A DNA stretch of 64,000 nt, taken from Tubulanus polymorphus (lineage: Eukaryota; Animalia; Nemertea). The DNA lies in the NCBI RefSeq assembly GCF_964204645.1, contig NC_134033.1, forward strand, positions 11,230,655 through 11,294,654, written 5' to 3'. Numbering within the stretch: position 1 is the stretch's first letter; every line of letters begins with the position of its first letter. The notes beneath the pieces are model-generated. The model saw only the letters and a list, made by a program, of their open reading frames with translations, searched no databases and was not told the origin of the DNA. Below are positions 1 through 10,786 of the stretch, piece after piece. The position numbers were made by a program, and so were the translations under genes.

Positions 1-1421
1 ATAAAACCGGCAAATAAAAACAGATGACGTTAATATCGGAAAAAGCAAGAGCTACTAGATATACACCGACTGATGTGTGGCAAAAGCGGAATCTCGGCAC
101 TAATAGAATTCGCAAAGATAAAAAATTACCAATCGTTCCGATACTGAATATAATTGGCAGCACCATGTACGTTACGGCAGAACGAACATTTTCCTTGAAA
201 TCGGCGATTCGCTTCTGATCTGTTACATTCATTTTACATAGTTAGAATACCAGAACGTATAACTGAGACACCGTCACCTTCCAATCTCAGCATTGTCATC
301 ACTTATGAACACGCGTATCAATTCAATGGCTGGAATTCATCACAGGTTACCAATTATGGAAAATGTCGATGTTGTTAACTCTCTACTACTGGTATCTAAT
401 AACCAATTACTGCGTCTATGTCGATACAGCAGCTAGATAGTTACTGTATCATATTTTTTCTGTTGTGAATAACATATTTCCACACACAAACACACATACA
501 TACATATATATCTAGTATAAATGATGTGATGAATTTTACGGAAATGTAGAAAAAATCTAACGGTTTCGAAAATGCGTCTCATTTTTTATTGTTGATATGA
601 GTTATTTATGATTTCTTTAAATGATATGATGGTCATTAGTTAACGGCAAAAATGATAGCACAGCGAATTCAGTGGAGAGACGACGAATGGTGATGATCGA
701 AGTAAAATCTCGATATTACCTATAGCTAAACACCGATTCGAGTTTGAGGCTGTCAATTGCTGCTGAATAAGACCCCTTCGTTATTAGATTCTGATATTTG
801 AGAGCTAAGTATTAGTTAGGGCGGTACAGGATGAGAATGTTTGAATATCGGATAGAAAATATGTATGATAATGATATAGTTTAATATACGAAGACTTATA
901 TATATTTTCATGTCGTTATTATGATCATTGTGACATGAAAATACATTCTTTTCGTACAAGCGTTGGAAACCTGTCGCTGCACCTCCAATCACAATACGGT
1001 ATGTAGATTGAATATATATTATGTGATTAGATTGCGACGATTAATAAAAATCCAAAAATTCGGAATAATTATTCGATATTTCGGATTGTTAATCCTGTTA
1101 CACGAGTCATTAGAATTGCCATACAATTTGAAATTTGATACACAATTGTTGCCAAAGGCTTATAGTTTCATAGTCTCTGCTGAACACAAAAGTTATGCAA
1201 AGCTAGAAGAAATGATGTTCTTGGATATTGATAGAATTTGACGACGTGATAAATTATGATACCAAATCAAATAGGAAAATACTAGAATACATTAGGCTAG
1301 AAAAATCGATACATTGTTTCTAATTTCTGTTGAGCTGAAAAATTAATCAAGCCGGCTGCCTGTCTACCCTCTGTACTATTACGTATGTTTAAAATCGTGA
1401 TCAAGCTAGCCATAATACATC

Positions 1422-1748
1422 CTCCCTCGGCAGGGATTCGAACGTGATGGCATCGCTACACTCAGCCAAGAAAGGCCTGCCATACTAGACAGGGTGCGCA
1501 GGTACATGCGCAGCTTTGCCGCGCGAAAACTTGCGGCACAATCAGATTGCTCGTTGTATAATAGCTGAGGTGAATTTCAAGTAAGAACTATAAATGGGAA
1601 AACCCGGGCTAAAATAAAACGGGATATCTGATTGGCTGATAATGACATCATCTAAGCTGCGCGTGTAGCTGCGCACTCGGTCTAGTGTGGCAGGGTTTCG
1701 TACCGTGGCAATCTCGATGCCATCAGGTTCGAATCCCTGCTGGGGGAG
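1422..1748. mobile_element. MITE-like element with ~95-bp imperfect terminal inverted repeats
   Basis: 1422-1516 (CTCCCTCGGCAGGGATTCGAACGTGATGGCATCG...CAGCTT) is the approximate reverse complement of 1654-1748 (AAGCT...CGATGCCATCAGGTTCGAATCCCTGCTGGGGGAG); no coding capacity. Confidence 0.75.
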
Positions 1749-2759
1749 TTACCATAACAGAGCCGGTAGCTATAGAAATGAATAGATCACAAATTTCATA
1801 GCAGTAAACAAAATGACCCGGTCGATTAGGAGAAAGATTCAGTGCGGTTGCTAAAATTGCGAAGTTAGTTATACATGTGAAATATTATATCTAAATTGAC
1901 TACAGTGAAACAGATTCAGATTAAAACAAAATCACTAATCTTGGTATTTGAATTTTGATTATATATATATATATATTCAGGAACTGATTATGAAATATGC
2001 GGTCAAGTTATGATAAATCAGAGATGAAAATGAGACATTAACATACATATTAATGTATCGTCTGCATTGAAATACCTCATTCGAGGAACGATCACTATCC
2101 GAGTAAGAGGTGAGTAAACACTCCAATCAATTACACAAGATTTTCCCGTTGTAGTCACCAGCGGTCCAACAAGTGTCGGACCGATAATGAAAACATGGAT
2201 CCTTTGAGAATAAAAAAAAAATGTGTTTAGTGCCAATCTCGTTTTATATGCGTGTAGATGTCTCTGATTTTTCAAAATTTAAAGTATGTCATTTTTCCTG
2301 ATATCTGACCGATAGAAAATTGATTGATACATCGCATCGGCCGCGATAACGCTGCTGATATAGGTTTTCGTATCTGGGACCGATGAGCTGAAGACTTTCA
2401 GCTTGATTGAAATGTCGTTAATCTTTTATTATCACAAACCACCACGGCATGATGTGTCTGTGCTACATGTTTACTTAACGACCAGTCGTCTGACACAGGT
2501 ATTGCAACCAGTCGGGTTTTTCTTTACCAAAACAGGCGACAAGAGTCCAAAAAGATCAAATGATCGAAATATATTTGGACTCTTGGTCAGCGGAGCAATA
2601 ATTGAGATAAAAATTGGACACGTTGTTGTTTCGTGCTTTGTAGGTAGTCAGATAAAACGTGTATTATCGTGTACAGAAAAACCATTGAATTTTTTTCTAA
2701 TCCTGAAGAAATGTTTCAATTTCCAATTTCTTGTAGCGCATTCACATTCGTCATCGAAA

Positions 2760-2957
2760 ATGAAATTGTCACTGGTTTTGGTTATGTTAATGATGGCCAC
2801 GTTGCTGATTGTTTCGTCGGCGAAAGAATATTCGTCTGAAGAGGCTGACGGGAAGATTGTAGAAAGAATGGATGCAGACGAAACCGTTAACCGCTTTAAG
2901 AAATCATCGTTGGAAGAATTTAGCGGTATGAGTCCTGATCCGGATGGTTACTACTAA
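2760..2957 (+). CDS. Small secreted prepropeptide, 65 aa (signal peptide, acidic spacer, KK site, 17-aa C-terminal peptide)
   Basis: ATG at 2760 in AAAATG context, just after acceptor TTTCTTGTAG (2736). Translation MKLSLVLVMLMMATLLIVSSA|KEYSSEEADGKIVERMDADETVNRFKK|SSLEEFSGMSPDPDGYY*. AATAAA at 3031-3036. Confidence 0.7.
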   Translation: MKLSLVLVMLMMATLLIVSSAKEYSSEEADGKIVERMDADETVNRFKKSSLEEFSGMSPDPDGYY

Positions 2958-3062
2958 ACCATGAATTCCGAAAGTCGTTCTTCGAAAGCAGTAAAACTTT
3001 CAAAATACATGCAAACGTTTGCTTAATACGAATAAATCCACATATATAGAAGGATGAATCAG

Positions 3063-3172
3063 GACCCAGTTCCACAGTCGTGAGTTAGGGTTAACTCTGA
3101 GTTAAAGTTAGTTCACTTTCAATGGGTTAACTCAGAGAGTAAAATCCTAACTCACAACTGTAGAACTGGGTC
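3063..3172. mobile_element. PIF/Harbinger-type MITE
   Basis: TIRs GACCCAGTTCCACAGT / ACTGTAGAACTGGGTC; CAG on both flanks (3060-3062, 3173-3175); related copy at 33386-33484. Confidence 0.75.
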
Positions 3173-3598
3173 CAGATGATTAGTTTTTTGAATCAGATAG
3201 TTAGTTCATCTTGTAGCTTATCTTTTCGTTATTTCAAACGACTCAAACAAAGTCAAGCAACGGGGTCGACCTGAAAAATAGCCTTGCTTTTCCTCTTCTT
3301 CCTTACTTCGTTTATCATAAGGATTATTATTCAAATGCTGCTAACACGCAGCGAACGCTGCTTGGGACATAAGACATTATTTCGAATTGCACACGTGTAT
3401 TTCAATTGATTGATTTTTACATCAACGTTACTGAAGTTTTAAATCCTTAACACGATAAACATTCATAAACTTGCCGTTTATCTATGATTAAATTAGATTT
3501 TGATAAAGCTCACGATGCGTATATTATACAAATACATCATACTGTATCGTTATTGTTGCCTTATTTCTAATAATCAAATAAAGTGATTGCACCGCATA

Positions 3599-4531
3599 AT
3601 GAATTCTACTCAGTTTGGTCGTCCCTTTCACAGTTACATCGTACTGATGTCTGTGTTAAACAAGTCTGGAAGCTACCGTCTGCTCTCGCTGGTAATCTTA
3701 CTGATTTTAGCCTCGCTAGGAACATTCGGAAATTCGGCTACTTTCCTGATAATGATAAGTCGTAGATTCCGCAGTTTATCTTACGCTAACTATCTGATCG
3801 CTTTGACCGTCAGCGATTTTCTCGTCTGTACAGATTTTACACTGATGCCTGTTTTACAGTTTATTCTCTTGCACCTTGCGCCTATGCACGTGATGAATTC
3901 GCGTCTGAGTTGTCAAGTCTACGAATTTATGATGGCATTTGCAGTTTCGAACAGCTCGTGGAACGTAGTCGCGATATCTTTAGAACGTGCGGCAGTTGTT
4001 CTCTACCCGTTCACATCTCGTTTGATATGTACACCGACGTTCGCCCGATGCGCCATTGTTTCTATGATCTTGGTAAACGCGATGGTTGTAGGCGTTCCTC
4101 CACTAGTTATAATACAGTTCACTAACCACGTAGGATGTCACTACAAATTATACCAACAATCCGTACTATTCATTGGAATAGTCACCTATGTCTATATCAT
4201 ACCTTTAGCATTGATTATAGTATTAAATTCTGTAATAATAATTCAGTTGTTCAGAGGTTCGAAAATGGTTTCTTCCGATCAGAAAACTGCAAAATCAAAA
4301 CGTGCAACAATAATGCTTGTAACAGTTTCACTCGCATTTGCTATATTTACACTGCCGACATCTATCACAGTATTTCTACCGTTCTCCAAGGACCGCAAAC
4401 GTTTCTTTTTAGATATATTCACCCAGTTTCAGTTGTGCAATTACTCCATCAACTTTTACATTTATCTCTTATTGGGAAGAGAAATTCGAACGTATTTCTG
4501 TGCGAGATTTTGCTGTGAGGCGAAGAAATAA
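3599..4531 (+). CDS. Intronless orphan rhodopsin-family (class A) GPCR, 310 aa; FMRFamide-receptor/GPR139-142-like invertebrate expansion type
   Basis: Seven hydrophobic segments; N-glycosylation sequons NST and NKS; TM1 GN; TM2 ALTVSD; TM3 Cys and SLERA (DRY variant); ECL2 Cys; TM6 FTLP; TM7 NYSINFYIY (NPxxY variant); C-terminal CC. First ATG at 3599. Confidence 0.92.
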   Translation: MNSTQFGRPFHSYIVLMSVLNKSGSYRLLSLVILLILASLGTFGNSATFLIMISRRFRSLSYANYLIALTVSDFLVCTDFTLMPVLQFILLHLAPMHVMNSRLSCQVYEFMMAFAVSNSSWNVVAISLERAAVVLYPFTSRLICTPTFARCAIVSMILVNAMVVGVPPLVIIQFTNHVGCHYKLYQQSVLFIGIVTYVYIIPLALIIVLNSVIIIQLFRGSKMVSSDQKTAKSKRATIMLVTVSLAFAIFTLPTSITVFLPFSKDRKRFFLDIFTQFQLCNYSINFYIYLLLGREIRTYFCARFCCEAKK

Positions 4532-4737
4532 AATCAACAAAATATTTGCGACGCAAATGTTTTCTAATCGTTGTATTTGAATTGAAAAATAAACACGAGG
4601 ATGATCAGAAGACCCATATATGTTTAAACGAAGACAGAGAACTGAAATCATTCAAACAACTTGAATACATTGAAAGAGGCTTCAGCCATCATGCGTACTA
4701 ACGATTTAGTTGCACGTATGTTTCACACATATAGTCC

Positions 4738-4830
4738 AAGCTGTATAACCACTGCATTAGTTAGGATTAGGGTTAGCACGATTGCTTTCTACGTACGAGG
4801 CCAGGTTCGATCCCCGGTGAGTGTGCGTAA
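4738..4830 (+). mobile_element. tRNA-derived SINE head, degenerate
   Basis: B-box GGTTCGATCCCC at ~4804; shares AAGCTGTATAACCACTG...GTACGAG.CC.GGTT.GAT.CC.GGT.AG with 36216-36305. Confidence 0.55.
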
Positions 4831-5218
4831 TTTCACTGACCACTTCTCTAAATCGTTATGTATGCTTTTGATTCTGAAACTGAAAGTGCTGGCAGCAACA
4901 CATGGTAGTATGGTTTAACTTTTTTTGTAATATCGCACTAAAACAGACGTTTGTTCGAACCACACCTTTGGTCAGAATATATTGGCCATCTTTGTCCTAA
5001 AAAAATCTTCTTTCGAATATCTTATTATTTCAAGCCGATAAGTATTTGTAATATGGACCAATATTGATTTTATAATTTGCAGGCCGATAATTTACGTAAC
5101 TGCCTCCTTCAGGTGCTGCTCAAATTTCCATCCATTAATATCGTATACAAATGAGTGGGGTTATTGTTAACGAGTATCACAGGTGTTTGTTTTAATTATC
5201 TCACCGGCCTGTGCCATG

Positions 5219-5282
5219 CTATAAATTGTCGCGTGGTTAAATCGAATGTCAGTTACGAAGTTCTACACGGCTGAAACTCAAC
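5219..5282 (+). promoter_or_regulatory. TATA box and probable short non-coding first exon of the Gly-rich gene
   Basis: CTATAAAT at 5219-5226, Inr-like TCAGTT about 30 nt downstream, donor GTAAGT at 5283, acceptor TTGTAG at ~5538 just before the ATG. Confidence 0.6.
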
Positions 5283-5545
5283 GTAAGTAAAAGATAGGAA
5301 AATAATTTCTCGATATCTTTGCCACAAAGTCAAACCCGCGCCGATCAGCATAATCTGGATTTTCGTTTATGCTGGCGGTATTTGCAGTTCGTTTGTTCAT
5401 TAATGTGTACCAGAAAATGACTTTAAATCAGAATTTCCCGAAAACCGGGTGAATTTTGTTGGTCCGAATGATCCGAATTGATTGGATTCTACTGTGCCTG
5501 TATCTGAATTGGTTATATCTAATGATTTTTTATTGTAGGTAAATC

Positions 5546-6152
5546 ATGAATTTGATCACTTTGTTAATTGGTTTAGCTTTTTGCTCCATTGCTTCAGGTA
5601 CGTAATAAGTAAGCCATACGCATTCAGAACGCAGGGCGGATCGAGGATTTACAACGCGGGGGGAGGGGGATAATTGAGCCTATCTTACACGCATTCTGGG
5701 CGTTTTGTTCTGCTCTAGCACCAAAAAAACAAAGCCCCTGAATCCGCGCCTGACACGGGCTAGGTTCCGTCCTTTACTCGTGTATATGTCGTCACTACAT
5801 CTACCGGTACGTACATACTGATTCAGATTATTTACCTACCATCATTTGCTTTATTCTTTTCTTAGTGTCAGGTGAAAGTTGGAGCTATAGTACAAGCAGT
5901 AATTCGAACGGCAATATGGGAGGATACGGAAATGATTTTGGAACAGGGTTTGGAGGTGATTTTGGAGCAGGATTTGGGGGTGGTGATTTCGGAGGCGGAT
6001 ATGGAATGGGTGATTTCGGAGGCGGATATGGAGGCGATTTTGGAGGTGGATATGGAGGCGATTTTGGAGGTGGATATGGAAGACCACGATCGTACAGCTG
6101 GGGTGGACCAAACAATGGCGGAGGCGGCCGCAGTTGGGGATACAATTATTAA
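5546..6152 (+). CDS. Secreted glycine-rich protein, 112 aa, with GGDFGGGY repeats; coding exons 5546-5597 and 5866-6152
   Basis: Signal exon MNLITLLIGLAFCSIAS ends in phase 1 at donor GTACGT (5598). Acceptor TTTTCTTAG (5865) continues in frame into VSGESWSY...GGDFGGGY...WGYNY*. AATAAA at 6189-6194. Confidence 0.88.
5632..5752. mobile_element. Small MITE-like insertion in the Gly-rich gene intron
   Basis: Inverted ends CAGGGCGGATCGAGG ... CCCCTGAATCCGCGCCTG; no clear TSD. Confidence 0.5.
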
Positions 6153-6491
6153 ATCCATCGATTCTGATCAATTAATGAAAGGTTGATTAATAAAGTTTAC
6201 ATTTACATTTGTTTTCGGATGAATTGTGACGATAAAGTATATTCCTCAGTCGCGCAGGGTCGATTCCCAATATCAGCCGTGCTCAGGGAGAGTCCTTAAG
6301 CCAACCCATCCACACAAGGACAATAAAAGATACCGAGTCTTTTTGTTTATTTTGTTTTTATTTTGTTTATATTACAACAAGCAAGTTAAATTTATATCGA
6401 TAAAGACCAAATTTATATTGATAAAGAAGAATCAATTGGGTTACACAATTTAGAATGAATTTAATGATCAGAAATCCATGAATGTCAAAAA

Positions 6492-7681
6492 CTATTTCTT
6501 AGAAAGCAGATTCCATCCAGCCTGTCCAGCTTTAACAACACCTGCACCAACGGCACCAGCCGCCACTTTAGCCCCTACACCAAGACCTGAAAAGAGGACA
6601 AAAAACTCATAACAATGAGATCTAGGACAGCCGACCTCGGTTAATCCGTATCACTCGGGACTGAGCTTTTTAGTACGGATTAAGTGTTATACGGATAACA
6701 GATAATCCATATAAAAGTTCTACAAAATAATTATAATCCGTAACCCGTATGATAGTTGGTTTACAGAAGTTTCAATTGTCTACTTACAAATTATGACTAC
6801 AATCAAGAACTGGAAGCAATATACGAAACCATGGTACCTGAACCATCATTGGAATAGGTTGAAACTGTTGGATTGATGTGTTTAATTCAGTGTTTTCAGG
6901 AATTTCGACGCCCAATTTATCACAAATTTCATTGCAGTTTTTAAAAGTGCCAATCGTAGAAACAACGTTATCATGTTATTCTAGCCTTATGCCTGAAGCC
7001 GCAACTCATTACAGCTGGATATAGCGCTTTAAAATGGATCCCGCAAATAGGTTTCGTGCCTTTCTTAGCAGCATTGTAAAAAGTTCGGCTCAAGTCCATT
7101 ATAGCATTAAATAGTTCCAGCAGAGATTTATCACCTTGGACTGGTATTTGGAATTAATCCGCCAATATTGGGCTGATTGAATCTTAGGACTTTACGACAT
7201 ACCGACAAACCGACGAACCAACATACCGACAAAGTACGAAGCCAAATTACTCCCTTTCTAAAAATGTATCTTTGAGCGGGGCACTATTCCACGCTATACA
7301 GGACTTGAACCAAAAGGGGGCTTTTGGGTCGCGCTGTAAATTCATCATTTTTAAGGATGTCAAGGATTAAAAGACCAAAAATTTGTTCATTCCCTGATAC
7401 CAACTGAGGAAGTCTCAAAACATTCGGGAATACATTCTTATAATGACGATATCATTATTGTCACGAAGCACAGAATACGTAAGCTCACCTACTGCCCCAG
7501 CAGACTGAAGAACAGCTACCGCACTTCCTGCAGCTACTGCACCGCCGTTAGCAGCAGCTGATGCCGACATCATCGACGCGGCATAGGACCCAGCAGCAAT
7601 CCCACCAGCTCCAAAACCGACCGCTGGTAAAACAAAAGGAGCTGCAACCACAGCTACGACACCTCCAATTATACACCACAT
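6492..7681 (-). CDS. IFI27: IFI27/ISG12 (Ifi-6-16 domain) family protein, 95 aa; coding exons 7681-7489 and 6586-6492
   Basis: Family signature VAAPFVLPAVGFGAGGIAAGSYAASMMSASAAANGGAVAAGSAVAVLQSAGA. Phase-1 donor GTGAG (7488) joins acceptor CTTTTCAG (6587), giving GLGVGAKVAAGAVGAGVVKAGQAGWNLLSKK*. Probable 5'UTR exon donor GTAAGT near 7965; minus-strand AATAAA at 6346-6351. Confidence 0.9.
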
Positions 7682-8743
7682 TCTGAAAATATTTGATTAA
7701 CTAGTAGAGAGCTAAATACGGACATGAGCTGATGGTAGAACGCAAATTAACAATTGAATTTGAAAATGAAAAGTGAAGTTATTTGACGTCGAATGCCCTT
7801 TGAGTTGTGGAATTTGGGGTCTCAATTGGTAACAATGTTCAAATTCAAGAAGACCAAGTTCACAAAATGGAAGATTTTCTCTCTAAACCGGATTAGAGCA
7901 GACTCTGTCAACCCTTTTATATAAAACATGCGTTAACCAGTGTTAACCATTTGTGTTTGACTTACATTTTTTCGTGAGAGAGGGAGTGGAGAGAGGTGGC
8001 TCTTAATAGATTAGACTGGTCGACGTTCGAATGCAGGTGGCGCAGAATTGGACAGGCGACCAGTCTAGCGCAGAATCGGACAGTTTTATGGACACTTGAA
8101 CTTTAGACTGGTTACCGGTCTCTATCTTCAATTCATATTGAATGGGACAGGCAACCAGTCTACTTGAACTTGAACTTTAATTTTATTGCTCCATATAATA
8201 TACAAGTAACATAGGAAATGACATGCAATAAAATATTAACATCAAAACACTGGGAAAACAGTACAAAAGTGGACATACATTTATAATGGATAACATAGGA
8301 ATAGAGAATATTTGCAAATAAAATATGTGAAATGTAAAACAAAATATAAACTACAGCAAGGAAACTAGGTGGCGATACAATCAAGTGAATAGAATATAAA
8401 AAGAATCAAAGTGTTGAACGTAGGGCAAATAAAGAGTTAACTAGGTTACACACAAGGCTGGCAATGTCATAGTCCCCGTTGTTATAAGACATCAAAAATA
8501 AGAATAATTCTCAATAAATTTGAATTTGAATTGAGATGAGGGCGCCACTTGATGAAGTGAAAATAATTAAATATTGGCGGCTTGATACAAGAAGGATGAT
8601 ATATCTCAGATTGAGTAAATCTAGTTATTGTAAGTAATTAGTGGGATAAACTAAAGTTCTACAGTAACAGTATAGGCCTATTACAGGTCAGGGGGCTCTC
8701 CTCGCTTCGGCGGAGTAGGCGCTCTCTGATTGACGACGACGAC

Positions 8744-10062
8744 GTGTTAAACACACAGGGACTTGTCACGATTGATAATGGATGGATTGAGACCAATGAT
8801 GGGGGTACCAGTATCCCTGCAACTGTATAATAAAATAACAAGGGTGGCAACATTTTCAATCTGACAATGACTTCTCCACTTCAATCGACTGTGTAATTCC
8901 AAAAATTCTCAACCGATTCACATGAAATAAGCTTTAATACAACCTAGAAGACTTTCTGCTTCGAACGAGCCTTCAACCACCACTCTCTGACAATTATCTC
9001 ACAACGAAATCACCTTTTTTTGACGAGAGATAGCTCAAAATGGAGGTCTACCGATTCTATGGTGTACAGCAAAATGGTCTTTTTTTTCACTTCAAACGAT
9101 GATTTCTATGTGAGATCTCAGAGAAAACCCCAACAAACCATACATTTTTTAAAACTACGCGGTCATACCTGTACGCTTATCTCATTTATTTGTATAATCC
9201 AGGCGATTGGTGAGCTCACAAGCTCAAAATCGAAAATGAGGACGAACACGGCGTTCAACTTGTCATCAACTGGGCGGCCATTAATCACGTGATATCGTAG
9301 TAACGGGCTAAATATTTCACACGCATTGATTGGCTTAGAGATTTTGAAAAACATTACAAAATTTATTAATAGTTCTGTTTATCAATAAAATATCCGTATT
9401 ATGAAAATATAGTGCAACATTCGTCTGAGGGGTGGTATTATTTGCAAATATATCCTTTTTTCAAGTCTACAGACGTAGACTTGTCGCGGTTCTATTAACA
9501 TAGCCCGAACCTATGCATGTCACGTGATTAATGGCCGCCAGCGTGATAGGGCGAGGTGACTTTTTCGTATATTTGTTCGATTTTTAGCTTGTGAGCTCAC
9601 CCATCGTGTGGTTTATACAAATAAATGAGATTAGCGTACAGGTATGACCGCGTAGTTAAAAAAAATGTATGGTTTGTTGGGGTTTTCTCTAAGATCTCAC
9701 ATAGAAATCATCGTTTGAAGTGAAAAAAACGACCATTTTGCTGTCCACCATAGAATCGGTAGACCTCCATTTTGAGCTATCTCTCGTCAAAAAAAGGTGA
9801 TTTCGTTGTGAGATAATTGTCAGAGAGTGGTGGTTGAAGGCTCGTTCGAAGCAGAAAGTCTTCTAGGTTGTATTAAAGCTTATTTCATGTGAATCGGTTG
9901 AGAATTTTTGGAATTACAGTCGATTGAAGTGGAGAAGTCATTGTCAGATTGACAATTTGTTGCCACCCTTGTTTTTATATTATACAGGGATAGTGGACCT
10001 GGTCATTGATATTGGTTTTATTCATTCACAATCAATTGTGACAAGTCCCTGTGGTTAAACAC
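8744..10062. mobile_element. 1.3-kb foldback element with ~550-bp inverted arms
   Basis: 8744-9292 is the reverse complement of ~9519-10062. The core (~8860-9196 vs ~9613-9955) is nearly identical; spacer ~230 bp; no transposase ORF. Confidence 0.9.
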
Positions 10063-10067
10063 GGTGT

Positions 10068-10592
10068 CGGGTCAAAACGTCTTCATGTCAAAACGTCCTC
10101 GCATACCTGGTCAAAACGTCCTCGCTTTTGTCGGTCAAAACGTCCTCACTTTCCTCAGTCAAAACGTCCTCACTCACGCCAGAATAACTTTATCATACAA
10201 TAAATTCCGTCAATGCATATAGTATATTACTACTGTTAATTCCGAGTTATAAGCTAAATATATGACCTTTAATGTATAGCCTAGATAGATGGCGTATGAG
10301 GCAGTCGATCAATATTAACAAAAACAGAAAATAAAAGTATTTAAAACATAAGACAAACATTATTTACAACATACTTATTACATACTATCGGAGGAGAGGT
10401 CTAGATACATCTAAAAAAAAGTTCAGATTTTCTAAAACATCAAGGTTCCTAAAGGTGACTCGTGAGGTGCCGCCCTCTCCCCACTACTGTTGATTGAGTG
10501 TGGAGAGGACATAGGCCCCTAATACAGACAAGGACGTTTTGACCGAGGACGTTTTGACTGGAGGACGTTTTGGCACGAGGACGTTTTGACCG
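10068..10592. mobile_element. Non-autonomous element with arrays of subterminal inverted 14-mers
   Basis: Five GTCAAAACGTCCTC-type copies at 10071-10172 and four inverted GAGGACGTTTTGAC-type copies at 10530-10592. Confidence 0.75.
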
Positions 10593-10786
10593 TAATTAAA
10601 CACTGTCTGTCTGCCCAACTTCCAAAATCCAGTCGGCATTTCCTTAGTATTTCGTCATTTCTCATCCAATTTTGATAATTAGAGCATGAAATGAAAGCTA
10701 ATGGGCTTTCTGATTTGTAATGAACCGTATCCCCGTTCACTACGTCCAATGAATGGTTCATTAATTATTATAATATATGTCTTGAT

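Noticed and set aside
2403-2759. N-terminal 119 codons of the 184-aa ORF
   Set aside because: TTG start, runs through intron-like sequence and a splice acceptor; the real start is most likely ATG 2760.
2904-2957. Resemblance of SGMSPDP to plant CLE/CEP peptides
   Set aside because: Only 3-4 residues are shared; the diagnostic N-terminal Arg and C-terminal His/Asn are absent.
5851-6186. Extensin-like Pro-rich ORF 5885-6145 (-) and other overlapping ORFs
   Set aside because: Antisense or alternate frames of the Gly-rich exon, which has the signal exon, TATA box and poly(A) signal.
10068-10172. Repeat-spacer pattern resembling a CRISPR array
   Set aside because: Repeats are 14 bp with 2-9-nt spacers, mirrored in inverted orientation 360 bp away; no cas genes; eukaryotic context.
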